A stretch of DNA of 64,000 nucleotides, taken from the NCBI GenBank assembly GCA_028023455.1, contig JAQFVV010000003.1, forward strand, positions 22,258,001 through 22,322,000. Reading direction: 5' to 3'. Source of the stretch: Epiperipatus broadwayi. Its lineage: Eukaryota > Animalia > Onychophora. Under the pieces are notes generated by a model. It saw nothing but the letters and a program-made list of their open reading frames with translations, did not search any database and was not told the origin of the DNA. The translations under genes were made by a program, and so were the position numbers. Positions 42,259 through 55,594 of the stretch are shown piece after piece. Within the stretch, counting starts at the first letter, position 1. Every line of letters begins with the position of its first letter.

Positions 42259-44001
42259 CATCTCTACCCCGCTTAGTGATTGTCTACTTAGCGATATTTC
42301 GCAATAGCGATCATTATCAATTTGCACCCACTACTTCGATATACAATTGATTATTCGCTATAACGATCGGGAAAAATAATTAAAAAAATTTTTTTGACAG
42401 CCATCTTGAATTTTGCATCACTGATGACATCAGAGATAGCTATATTAAATTCATTTTACCCAAAAGCAAAAGTATATTATTGTAATATGTATACAGGTAA
42501 TGACTTTGCTGTAATTGTATACATATACAATATTTTATTCATAAAACACTTAAAATATCTATAATTACTGAAACTGTATACATCATATATAATAAATAAT
42601 AACACAGCAAATGTTCATCCACTTTTTCTTTTAAAATACGTATATATGTTCTACAATAATATCAACAAATTAAAAATCCTTCTCCTTTTTCTTTTCAAAA
42701 ACTTTATTTTCTTATCCCAATACTGAACATATACAGTATATATATTTATATAATACAAAACTCCAACGTTTTAACATTGGTTTGTAATTAAATAATGTAA
42801 AAGAAAGAGTAATTAAATATAGCAGTGGGAGAGAGATATCCTTGAAAATGACTGTATGAAGATAAACAGTTGAAACGTTGGAGTTTTGTATTATATAAAT
42901 ACAGTATATATATGTTCAGTATTGAGATAAGAAAATAAAGTTTTTGAAAAGAAAAAGAAGGATTTTTAATTTGTTGATAATACTGTATACAAATACTCCA
43001 ATATATAAATACAGTACAGGACAAATAAAATACCATTATCACAAACTTTCAGGAAAACACTAAATATGAATATTAAATTGCGGTGTGTGTTTCTTACATA
43101 CGATATATTATTTTTAGAACACCTGGATAATTATGTAAAAATAGTTATTGATTTTAAATAAGCAAAAAGTTTATACTTTGTGGCTAATTGATTTGTAACT
43201 TTGTTAATAAACATGTTGTTTACACTCAAGATGTTTCAAATCAAAAGAACATTTTAAAACGCAAATGTCGAATTAGAAAAGTTTAAAAAGAAAAACAGAT
43301 TGCATTTAATTAATAATCTTTCTACTCGAACGGGGGGGGGGCATTATTACATTACTAAAAATATACAGTAAGAAAAATAAACCTAAGAGTATGTTTTAGA
43401 AAATTAGAAGTTAGATTTTTTACTTTTAAAATAAGTTAATTTTTTTTCTTTCTAAATTGACTGCTTTATGATAAGCATTAAGCATTTTGTTACTGTGGAG
43501 TACAGTAATAAGTCTTTATGTTCAATTAAATAATTAATAATTAAACATTGTTTTTTAATTTGAATAATTTCACATAAGTACTAAACATAAATGTATAGTA
43601 GTAATATATACTGTAATACAAATTTAAAAAAAAAGCACTTCAGTATGGATTTTTTTTCATTACGATGAAAAACCGCGGAAGAATATAAAAACTTTTAAAT
43701 TCAAATTTAGTTTCACTTTCTCTTTCTTTTTGCTGTTCTGTACTTTTTAAAGTGAAAATATGCATTTTTTTTCCTAGTGATATAAAACTTTTCTTTTTAG
43801 ATACCGTATTTAGTCATCATTGTCATGAAAAAATCAAGAAAATCTTTGAGCTTGGAAACCAATGTGGATATTTTACGTTGACTGGAACCGACCAATTTTT
43901 TTCCCATAGACCCCCATTATAATTACAAATTTTGTATACAATATTCTTGCTTAACGATGAGTTTCAGGGGACCAATTGCCATCGCTAAGCGGGTAAAGAT
44001 G
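42259..44001 (+). mobile_element. pogo/Tigger-like non-autonomous DNA transposon with a transposase N-terminal remnant
   Basis: Imperfect TIRs CATCTCTACCCCGCTTAGTGAT / ATCGCTAAGCGGGTAAAGATG, with TA after the right end. Subterminal (T/A)AGCGAT-like repeats. MKKSRKSLSLETNVDILR*LE at 43825-43890 resembles the HTH_psq start of pogo transposases. Confidence 0.7.
42657..42981. repeat. Foldback inverted repeat (arms about 115 bp) with a decayed hammerhead at the start of the right arm
   Basis: Left arm ends ...aaaactccaacgttttaac and the right arm starts gttgaaacgttggagttttg. The preceding TGAAGATAAACAGTTGAAACGTTGG resembles CTGAAGAT...GAAACGTCGG. Confidence 0.85.
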
Positions 44002-44520
44002 TATTTGATAAAAGATAAAGAATTGACCCGAAGTCACTTATAGTATTATTGTGAAGTAAATCTTTATTTAAAATGGTGATATATTGGGTGATAAAGAAAT
44101 CAAGAATGATCAATTTATTTTCCAGCAGAAGACTTTACAATTGTATAATTGTATTAGTTCTTTGGAGATATGAAATATTCGGTGAGATTTGTACTTCGTA
44201 AATTATGGATGATTAACTGAAGATATATAGAAATAGAAAGCAAGAACTTAATAAGATTGCAACTATAAACACTGAATGCACTTTAAGCACTGAGTATTAT
44301 TTAGAATATCTTGCATAAGATGATGTAAAGTTAAAGAGTATGTGTTGGTTTATTTTATATTTTTTTGTATGTTTTATATTTAATAGTTATACATACGTTT
44401 TGTGTTATTTGTATGATATGTAAATTATGGGTTGCTAATTAAAATGAAGATGAAGTAATGTTAATATTGATCTTAAGAAGGGGATAGATATTGGTGATTG
44501 ATGATTAAAGTTCACCATTA

Positions 44521-45702
44521 CACCTGGGTTTCTTTTTAAGTGGACTTATTTAATACGATTTCGAAGTTACGCGATTCATGTTTCACCGGAAGTCGAACTC
44601 CGATAATGCGCTATTACTTTAAATAATAAATTTTGCGCACTTACGTTATATTGAAAGTAATAGCACATTATTGGAATTCGACTTTCATCTTAGTAATTTC
44701 AATATTTTCAGTGCTTTATAATAGTAAGATTTTATGCAATAATGAAATTAAAATCATGATTTCCACATTTTATGTATACACACATTAAATTTTACAAGAT
44801 TATAATGTAAATTTGTTCAAACATTGTGCATGTTAATTTTGCATTTTAAATCACATTCTGTTTTTGCTTTTTAAAAAAGAACGTAATCAATTATTAATCA
44901 TTTAGTGTCTGCAAGTTTATTTTTAAAAGGTGAGTAATAGCAGTGGGCACAATTAAATTTGACAATTAAAAATTAAAATCTGATTTTTAATTGTAATTAA
45001 CAATTTAAAAATTACTTACGGTGACTTGAAATTAATGTGATGTAAAATGAAATTTGATTTTTAAACGGAATTGAAAATTAAAAAATTAAAGACAAAAATA
45101 AGAATTTAATTTTTAGTTGTTAGTTTTAATTAAATTTTTCCCAGCAGTGGTGAATAAATGTCTTTTTATTATCATAAGTCTAAGTTCATAAACAATTAAT
45201 AAAATCATCGTCTCAAAGATTAATTACTAATTACGTTGTCAACAGAAAACCATTAACACAACATGAGAGTGAACTTGGCGCTAGTTGTATTTCCTCTTGT
45301 GAGAATCTGATTTTTTACCAGTTTGCAAACGAACGTGTTTTTCGGCAAATAGCGATAATAATTAAAACATGTATAAAAAAATGTAAATTACTGTACTGTA
45401 AATTATGCATAAAAATATATTATTTTGAATAAAATTAAATATTATAGTTAAAAAAAGTTTGTCTTGTATCAATTTTTTTCAAATTTGAAATTTTTTATTA
45501 GTCATATTTTATTTCCTTATTTTTTTTTTTTGCGCGAATTTTAAAGTAATTTTACGTTGGTGCTTTGCTTTTAGGCGAATTTTGAAAAATCACAGACCAC
45601 ACCCCCCCCCTTTTTCAATGTAAGTTACGTCTATTTTTGCGCGATTTCGTTTGCGCATGTTTTCTGAGGAACCTATCTATCGCATAAAACGAGACCCAGG
45701 TG
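44521..45702 (+). mobile_element. TA-flanked MITE, copy 2
   Basis: TA|CACCTGGGTTTC...GAGACCCAGGTG|TA. Interior homologous to 6516-7530 (inverted) and 57915-58755. Confidence 0.9.
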
Positions 45703-48099
45703 TATTTGTTTTCAAAGGTATTAAATGATAATATAATTGTAATATTGAACTTTAATATAGTGGTGATAAAACCTATTACCATTTATTCTAAAATACGTTA
45801 AACAGCCTTACACATATTTTTTTTAGTTTGTTAATTTTATATCGTAATTTCAGAATATTTCAACAGCACAATTAACCAATATTAGGTTTAAAAGGGGAAA
45901 TGATTTTAATAACATGAACCTAAATTTTGTGTATTTTAATTGTAATTTGCTATTTGAATATAAACAATTTATAGATTGATAGTGGCTGTAGGATTCCACT
46001 AAATTCACTGTATACATGGAAAATATATTTATAATTGATCGTTATCATTATGAATAACAATTTAGTGAATCTGTGAGAGCGAGTACTAAATAAGGCTTAA
46101 TATTCATGGTTGATGATGGGTGGAGGTGACCATTTTATGGCTGTGAATTTCAGTTGGATGTACCTGGTTCTTCATTTTATACTGGGATTACTGTATTAGG
46201 AAGTCATTAGTATTTTGCAGTGTCGTGAAGATATCCAACACAATATGTTATATGCTTGGGTATGATATATTAAGGAAATTGTTGATCTCTTATTATGTAT
46301 TTTCTCGTATCCATATAGGTGCTGATAGACACCTGGATATTAAATTCAAGCATATTCAGACATGAGAGCCTAGACTAATAATATTATTGTTGATGCCGTC
46401 CCGACTCTTTAATGTCTATGTTATAGGTAACATTACCCTGTACATCATGCGGTAAGTCATAGTTGTGTAAATGTTTATTGTTCATTAATTGTTGCTCATG
46501 ATGAATAGCTTAAGGAAGATATGTGAAATATATTCTTACAGGTTGAATGAGTATTTGTATTCCAGCTAGCTTCAAATTTAATCTAAGTTAAAGTAATGTA
46601 CTAAGGAAATTGTTGAAACCAATAGTGCAATCAGTTCATTCTATTCAAGGTTTTGTAGCTGTTTGTTTTATGCTTTATTAAAATAATAAATTTCAACAAC
46701 ATAAATAAATATCTTGTGGTAGATTAGAGAAACCATAAATAAGGGAATCAGATATGAATGTCATTCATACTTATATGAACCTATGGAAAATATGTAATTG
46801 CGATTAATTGGTAGGTTAGGTATTCTTTAAATGGAATAATTTCCATAACAAGGGTATTATATTATCAAACTTATTATTTTATTATGATTTTTTAATTTTT
46901 TTATGAACACAAATAATGCTTATTTATGATATTATTTTGGGTATCTTGGCAAATAGCAGAATTTAGTTGTGGACATTTAATATTGTATTTTGTTTTAATA
47001 TTAAAATTATTTTTTTTGTTTTATATACCATCTGTAAATAAAATGTAAATATTAGTGTAAATAAATGTTAGTGTCGTCTTTGTAGTATGCTAGTTATTGC
47101 TTTTGCATTCATGGTTATTCCAAATCACCAATTCACTTAATTTCTAGCCATTACAGTTTAATGGAATTGTTATTAATTACAAATTTCAATTTCATTACCA
47201 ATTCATCATTCATAAATGCTGATTATCATGTACTCTTTGGGATTTGAGAAATAGGATTATTTAAATTATTTAATGAGTGATTAATAGGATCCATTGTTAT
47301 TTTCCAGTTATAATCAAATACTTGTAGTATGACTTAAGCACTGTGATTTATGCATAATTTAATCAATGGAAAGTATAATGTGCTAGTTGTCAAATCAATT
47401 AATAAGCTTATAATGTGGTATTGTTCACTATGTAAATCATTTTAATATCATAACCAGATAAAAAATCCAAACCAGACTATTAATTATAATGTCTCATAGT
47501 TATGCTGGTGCCTTTGCACACTGAGTGGCAGTAAAATGAACCTTCTTGCCTAACTTAAGGGTGCCTGATTCGGACATATCAAAATTAGAACACTGAGGTA
47601 TAGATATGAAGATATTTTGTTATTTAAGTGTATTGTACAAGTGATGTAGCAAATAAGAATGGAAGGCAACAGTTCTTGATGTGCAACAATTTTTTGATGA
47701 CAGATAGTTGGGGAATAGTTGGTTACAATATATATATATATATATTGAAATAATTTAATTACTTATCTCTAGAGATTTAAGTAATTACTATGGAATTAAT
47801 CTTTTCTGATCTCATTTTACTATTTATTATTTTTTCACTTTTACTAATCTTTGAAATACCAGATTTTAGTTTAATGAATATATCTATTTATATACATGCT
47901 TATATATTCTAACAATAACTTTATGGCAAGTCGATTGAAAATAATACTGGAACCGAATAAAGAATGCTGGTGTGTTTACCTAATAATAATACTAATAAGA
48001 TTATGTATTCCCGGGCACCAAATTGTAACTATAAAATTGTAATGCCCACCAGAGATCATCATCCATGCTTATTACTATAGGATACAATGAAGAAAGCAA

Positions 48100-51000
48100 T
48101 TAAAATGTCTTAAAAAAATATATAATATTGATATATCTAATTTAATTTATTATGATCTTAATTTTGAACTTAATCCCAATTATGTAAATACTCTCATGAT
48201 AAGTTATTACTACTAACAAAATAATATAAACAACTTTCTTCCACAACTTTATATAGATATATGATCTCTAATGGTAATCACAAGAATGTTATATATATAT
48301 TTCTAATATATAAATGACTAGAAATAAGTCAGTAATCATTGCAGAGAACTCGTAACTTATGTTTATAATATATACTATTAGATTATTTTTTAATTCAAAG
48401 TAAAATAAAAGAAATGTTATAAATCCTTCCCATTTAACCCAACTACTATTATTTTTGTTCTCAGCATCTATTACTTTTAATAGTCACAATTATATAACAT
48501 TACATGTCTGTGTTATATTCTACTTTAGATCTTCTTAAGTGACAACTCTCAATCTTATTTCTTTAAACACATCCATAGGCCTACCAGAATGGAATGTACT
48601 TTTTATTCCAACTAATTCCAGATTAATTATTATTATCAAAATAGTATTTCCCAATTTTTAGCATTTACACTATTTGACTTCCAAGCTAGCTCTCTTAAAT
48701 TTAATAATCGAAGTACTCAAATTTCTCAAGGTCTTGATCTGCTTGTGAGGTGCAATTATTAATTATTACTAACTCATTACGATCCAATGGATATGATCCC
48801 ATAACTTGCTAAATTAAAATTTAATGTGAGTTTACCAGTGGAATCATATTAAATACCAAAAGCAGAAAAGGGATTTTATGTCTACTCTTAATATTCATAA
48901 CATTGCAACGAATTAAATAACTAGGTTTAACATATTTGAATTGACTATTTTCTCTTATTTTATTTCATATCATCTGTCTGCCACAACTAACTAGTACTTT
49001 TAAATCTATGTTTTATGAGTCGGGTAAATTCTTTATCCTCATGAAATGATCAGTCCCTCTTTTTACAAAACCTTTCTTGGTTGACAATTTACAAAAGTGA
49101 ATTATGAAAGTGAATTATGGAAATCAATCATGGAAATCAATCAACATAAGACAAGTCATAAATTTAAATGTGATCTGGCATTAATATCTGTATTCATTCA
49201 CATTTATAAAATTGGTTATGGTAATATATAGAATATACCTTTTTATAAGGCGATGTAAGGTTCTAGATATTCAAAATACCAAAACACAAGACACATTTGT
49301 AAATTTATAACAATAACAAATATTTATTATACTTAAATAAGAAAAGAAACACACATATGTAGTATTACAACAATCTCAAATATTATATCCATGTAAAAAT
49401 AAAAATTTAATTTCTTTCCAGCATGAAATTATTCTAATAAGGTATACTATTTTAAGCACTATAAATAATAATAATAAAACAAAAAAATATATACTTTCAT
49501 ATTATTTAAATTTCAAAATTAAAACTTAATCATTGTTTTGACCCATATTTCAACTTTAAATGTTAATGCACTTAAGCAATCCGCATGTAAATATAAATAT
49601 GACAATATCTTATAACTTTAACCCAACAGCCTATTCAATTTCTTGGCCCACTTCACTACAATAACTATAAATTTAACTACTCCAACAAGCAATAATATCT
49701 TTTATTTTCTATATAAAGATAATATTCTCCAAATTTTCTGATCATTCAAAAATTGTAAGTAATTGTTTGAAATATAAAACAATAGTATTATTTCCATGCA
49801 TATTAAATATTCACTGCTATCCCCCTTTAATCCTGATCATTCTGGTATCAATCTAGTGATAGTATTCATCTGGATAGGCTAGTATGTTGCCACAGTTTGA
49901 TGATGTTTATATTTATCTTCCATAAACTTTGACTACAGATCGGCCAGCGTATAAATTAAAACAACTCTCCATCATCCCCCACATCAATACATACATCTGA
50001 TTATAACCCTAATCCTTCCATAGCAACTTTTATACTATCTTGCAAAAAATCCTCCATACATTTTATATCACTATGCAGCACTTCATAACACACACATTAG
50101 TGTCTTAGTAAGTGAAATTAAACAAATTATTCTTAACTTCAAATGTTAGCATAAATCGGGGACTGCCTTCTTCTTGAGGCTAAGCATTATGTGAGGAATT
50201 AGTCTCTGCACATTTACTTTTAATAGGCATGCAAAACATTTTATCACAACTATATAAATAATTCCCTATAAATAATAAGTACAAATGGAACTGGGATCAA
50301 GTCCTCTATCTCCCAATACCTGCATGCATAATAATTAAATGATAAGATAGCTATTTTCTATCTATCCCTTCGAGGTGGTATGATAACTCTACCTCAGCAA
50401 TATTCAACATTTACAGCTTCACACATACACACCCAGGGTTATAATATTGATGCAAAATGATAAAGTTTTAACTGACCATGAATAAAATCCATGAACTGTA
50501 TTAATTTTAAAAGTCAAGCACCCAGCAACATTCATCCAAGATTTATGATCAAGACAGATCGCATCTACTTGTCAAGGCATAACAATGAATATTCAAATGA
50601 CATTCACAACTCTACCAATAGGCATATAATTTTGATTAAAAAAAATCTTTTTTTTTTCCATATAACAAATATATAAGCATTCATGCTTTCTCATTTTATT
50701 ATACATTAACAATTTTTTAAAACTTCAATAGTTTCTTATAGATTCAAAACCATTGTTTTTTTTTTAATTTGCTATGAATGTTAAATATCTATTAAATATA
50801 ATAACAAATATGTAAATAAAAGACTGAAGAAATAAACAATAAAATATTATGCATTGCCTCTTTGGTTTGGGTTCCTTCGGAGTTAAATCTGAATATTTTG
50901 CAAGGTCAATACCAATTTAAAGGAAAAATATGCGTGTATCATGCATAAACACCATTTCCATCCAGAATGTAGCTACATTAATAATTGGTATTATCATTTT

Positions 51001-51900
51001 TAATCATGATAATTTTAAAACTGTTGAAAAATAGTCCTGCAGATTACTTTCATTTTTTAAACACTTTTATTCCTGGGTTAGAATCCAGATGCTTGGTTTC
51101 ATGTTTTAGTCCATAACTATTTTTTTTCCTTTTTTTTTACACTTCAGTTTTTTTCCAGTTTTCTTTAGAAGAAAAAAAAATTCAAACAAAACCAGTGTTC
51201 TAGATGCTCTATTCCCACGTATATCTTAGGTTTGATTTCATAATTGATGAAGAAGAATTGCGGATTTATTTCCAGCAATTATTTCCTGTACATTTGACAA
51301 ATGTCCCTTGCATATTTGAGTGATTCAAATAAACTCTATTGGCACATTAATTCTTTCTTACTGGTGTCACAATAAAAAAAAAAAAAGCTTAATAATGATG
51401 ATGAGTATTTTAACTACATTTATATTAAAATCCAATTATTCATTGAAGTTTTTAATTGAGCCACGGATAAAATATTGTTCCTGAGATATCTTCTTTAAAC
51501 GAAATTTCAAAAGCCAAATATGAAGATTGAGATATAATGTGCAAAACTTTTTGTTACGAATTAATTTTGCCATCATTGATTTTAAAGGAGAGATTGGTAC
51601 ACCCATTTATATTTTTTTTAGCCCTTCATGTTAAGTTATCTATACACACTTCTTAAGTTTTAGTCTACTGCTATCTGAGATGAATGATCAGAGACAGAAA
51701 TCAGCAAGAGAATCCCCCCTACTTCATTTGCACTAGCTTTTTTATATATAAAAAAACCACCTGCAAATTTTGCTTTCATCTTCTCTATCTACTGATTCCT
51801 CAGACAACCTTTGTTAGATGTTGGTTTTAGTTTATTGACTTCAGCACTTATTATCTTATCTTTCTTGACACATTTTGCCGCTTTGATCTACGAGAAATAT
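48100..51900 (-). mobile_element. Possible heavily decayed LINE
   Basis: Only scattered minus-strand peptides weakly reminiscent of LINE endonuclease/RT. No intact ORF and boundaries are uncertain. Confidence 0.3.
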
Positions 51901-52831
51901 TAAAAAATATATATTATAATAGTGGGTATTTTATATAACTGATTTTTAATAAATAAATTTCCCTCTTTTTCCCTTTTTTGATTTTAACTTAAAATCAAAT
52001 TTAGAACTGAAAGCAATAACCAATTCCTCTAAAACCCACACAAAATCAATTCCTTTTTACATTATACTATCAAATAGTATTGCGTAAATTTCCAAGATCA
52101 AAAAAAATCTATTTATATGTTATACACACACCCATGCACACACATATCCATAATACTAAATAGTGATCCACTTGTTCATATTTTTATTACTACAAAATAT
52201 CTTTCATAATTTCCTAAAAATTTAAACCTATTCTCCTGTAAAGAACTGTCAAACAAATACTATCTATGACAAGTTCAATTTTACTTGTAATATCATTTTC
52301 ATTTACAAATATTATGATTAATATAAATCAACATTTTAAGATATTACAGTGCGCGCAATAGTCAATCCCCACCCACCCCCTACATAATAATATGCTATAA
52401 TTTTAAATAAAATACAAACATACTTTTATCTATACATTAAATTCAAGCGGCACGGTCAATGGTCTCTCTAAATAAAGCTTTTAACTTTTCTTGAACTTAA
52501 AAACAATTTTTTTTTATTCGGATATAGTTATCTACTAATCCTACTATTTATTTCCCAATCATTAGTTTCTTTACAAAATAAACTAAGGGTTACAATATAT
52601 ACATAACATGTACTTATATACAATAATAATTATGAAACTAAATAATATGCTGCAAAAAATTAATTAAACTGAATTACATAAGCAAATTAAATAAAACAAT
52701 GTTGTTTTGAGATTAATTACAAAATAAATTATGTAAACAATAATTAGAAAAGCAGAATGGTTTTGGAATTAAACACCACTTACAAAAACAGAATAATTAA
52801 ATAAAAACAAGCTTAAGGCAATTAATTCGGA

Positions 52832-52938
52832 TTTTTTTTTCTCATGTGTCATAGCATCAGCCGGGGAGCGAACCCGCTAACCCGGGACAACTACTTGTAA
52901 AGCAGCTGTCGCTGACCTCTCAACCACCAATGCTTGAC
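52832..52938 (-). mobile_element. tRNA-Gly-derived SINE-like copy
   Basis: Minus strand GTCAAGCATTGG...GCTGATGCTATGACACATGAG followed by an A-run. Same family as the copies at 22.2, 31.0 and 57.4 kb. Confidence 0.65.
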
Positions 52939-53953
52939 TTACAAAAGCTGATTAAAAAAAAGAGGAAGAGTATGGAAGGATTTTGCTTCCTTGAAGATAA
53001 AGCAGATTAAGAATTTATAACAGGCTGTTCTTATCTTAACTATTTAAGTGTACTTTAATGTTAAATGGGGACTTAATATACACACTGATCATTAGCATAA
53101 AGTATATAATAGTAATATTACTTTTGTGTAATAATTATATTTTTTAAAGCTTAGAAATAGATATTAATGTAGAATTAATCAAGTCTTTCTGATATATACA
53201 TATATGTATTTTAGTTGTTATATTAAATGCTTTATATTAGAATTTTAAGACAAATTGAAATATAGATTGTTGGTCAACTGATAAACTATTTTTATGAGTA
53301 AATATCACCTGTTGAAATTTCTTGGTGCAATTTCAAATATTTGAAAAAGTCATCTGTTTCTATTTGATAAAATGTTAATAACTGGACATTTTTTAAAATG
53401 TAAAATTGTAGTATAGACAATATATTTGTATTGAGAGTTTTGTTCCTCAGCAACCTAATTGTTAGCAATTTGGGAACTACAATTGTTATTTCTATTAAGA
53501 AGGCAAGTCATTAAAGAGGTTGCAAATTATTTTAAAAAATAAAAGCAAAATATGAAACCTAGAATGATTTTAGTTTGTATACATCTGTCTGTGCCAGACC
53601 TCTTCATTATCACATCAGCTTAGGAATTGCTTGATAAAATAAACATTGCTCACAGGAAACACAACACACTTTTTAATTATATTCTTTCAGCAAATCACTT
53701 TGCCCACAAAAAAAAATGCACAATAGTAGGCTGTTTTTCAATAATATAAAGTCAACATAACAGTTTGACTACTGAAATCAGTCAGTAAACATGCTTAGCT
53801 ATTGTATTGTTATTTATTTAATACATAGAAAAATCTATTACTTCTTACTGAGATTACTTATATTAATAATATTATTCTTTGCAATACTGCTCTAATTATT
53901 ATTTCTATTACTTTCATTTTATAAACTATATATATTTGATTACACTAAATTAC

Positions 53954-54315
53954 CTCTATTTTCATGAATTCATGTTTGGAACGGCTCAGCTTGTGATTGA
54001 GGAATGTATCAATTAAGGGTTGGTTCAGTTGGCGAATATCATGGATAATAATATGCCCATTGGAACCTAAGCGAGCCAATTTGTCACCGTTGAGAACAGG
54101 GCTACCATTTTCATCATTGCAGGAACTCTTGGATAAGGTCATGGTCCATACAACACTTGTTTCCAAGTTTGCATCCTTCACTGGTGCTGACTGAGATGCG
54201 TTATTGTTTTCCCGTGGGTCTATAATCCACATACATCCAGAATCTTGGCAACATGTAACAAAAATGTTACTGTCTGCAAACTCTAGACCTGACAGTTTGC
54301 CATTATGAGTCAAAT
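53954..54315 (-). CDS. WDR73: WDR73 orthologue, internal exon (362 nt)
   Basis: ctattatag acceptor, GAG|gtaatt donor. LSGLEFADSNIFVTCCQDSGCMWIIDPRE and LARLGSNGHIIIHDIRQLNQP match human [28 protein letters not shown] and [21 protein letters not shown]. Confidence 0.92.
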
Positions 54316-55036
54316 CTATAATAGAAAAACAAAATCATAAGTGAATAAGAAAATCTAATCTTTGGTACAAATATAGGTTTGAATAACCAACACATATACA
54401 CCTTTTGACATCGTCTGACCTTATATCATTCTGCTAGTAAGTCATATATGTAAACTTTTGTGTGAAAAAATATTTAAAATATATTTAATTTCATGTAAAA
54501 TATGTGTATACACCCCCACCCCCCAGAATCTCATACTAATATTACAGCTGAAGAATGATTAAAATTGCTTCCTCCCCATAATGATTAAAGTGAATAATCC
54601 TAATTCTTTTGTATATTTTTTGAAAAAAAATTGGGGAAGAATATTCACTATTTAATAATCTTTCTATTTTATACACTATGCTGAAGAACTTTGATGCATC
54701 CTATGTAGTAATATAGTTACATATAAAAATATGTAGTAATAAAAGATTTCCAATATTTGTGACTAATTGTGACCAGAAAAAAAAAAGACTTAAAATTAGT
54801 GAAACTTATGCAGTAATAACGGAAATAAGGTTGAACTGTAATCACTATTTTCATATATCAATATATAATACATATACCTACCATATTAATATTTTTTTTA
54901 AATTTTCATTTATATAAGAATATATTTATATAAAAACAGATAAAAGATACATAATAAATTAATTACAATTTTACCTAAGTTAAAAAGTAAATTAATACAC
55001 TTTACAGGCTTACACATGCCTGCACATATATAATGT

Positions 55037-55293
55037 AAATATAAGGGATTCGAACTCAGATTTTCACATGACCCTCAACTCTCCATGCCATCTCATATTG
55101 CGGATCCATCTGATCATACACATGTTGAAATGATAAATAATCAATATACGTGATGATTGCTGCTTTACCATGAAATACGTATATTGGTGATTATTTATCT
55201 TTTCAGCATGTGTATGATAGGTGGGTCAGCAATACGAGATGGCATGGAGAGTTGAGGGTCACGTGAAAGTCTGAGTTTGAATCCCTTATATTT
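55037..55293. mobile_element. Foldback copy of the hammerhead/tRNA-like element
   Basis: Arms 55037-55150 and about 55175-55293. Centre TGATGA TTGCTG CTT TACCAT GAAA TACGTAT A TTGG. Outer ends carry GAGTT(C/T)GAATCCC. Confidence 0.85.
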
Positions 55294-55463
55294 AAATTAA
55301 AAAGATAAATTAACTTTCTAGTAGCCAAACAGCCAAAACTGTTTTCATTCACTAATTTTTTAAGTCATGAATCATTAGATCAACATTAATGGTGTTTAAT
55401 TCTTTAGCTGATTATTAGATAAACATGAAAATAACACTATTTAAAGAACTGGGAAGTACTTAC

Positions 55464-55594
55464 TTGATCGGTAATAAATGTTTTCTGTGGAAAGATCTGC
55501 CATACTTATGTTATGAAGAGAAGATCCAAAAATTGCTTTAGAGTCATGGATTGCAAGGAGTGGAGCAGATGTGGCAGATATTAAAGAAAATAAT
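55464..55594 (-). CDS. WDR73: WDR73 orthologue, internal exon (the alternative acceptor would start the exon at 55602)
   Basis: Strong donor A|gtaagta. LFSLISATSAPLLAIHDSKAIFGSSLHNISMADLSTENIYYRS resembles human [26 protein letters not shown]. Phase 1 end fits the next exon. CTAAC branch-like motifs lie upstream. Confidence 0.8.

Noticed and set aside
2714-53000. Most short ORFs in the supplied track (e.g. 2714, 6301, 21310, 31959, 39539, 42788)
   Set aside because: Low-complexity I/F/L/Y-rich translations of AT-rich or repeat DNA, or antisense to real elements; no motifs or splice support.
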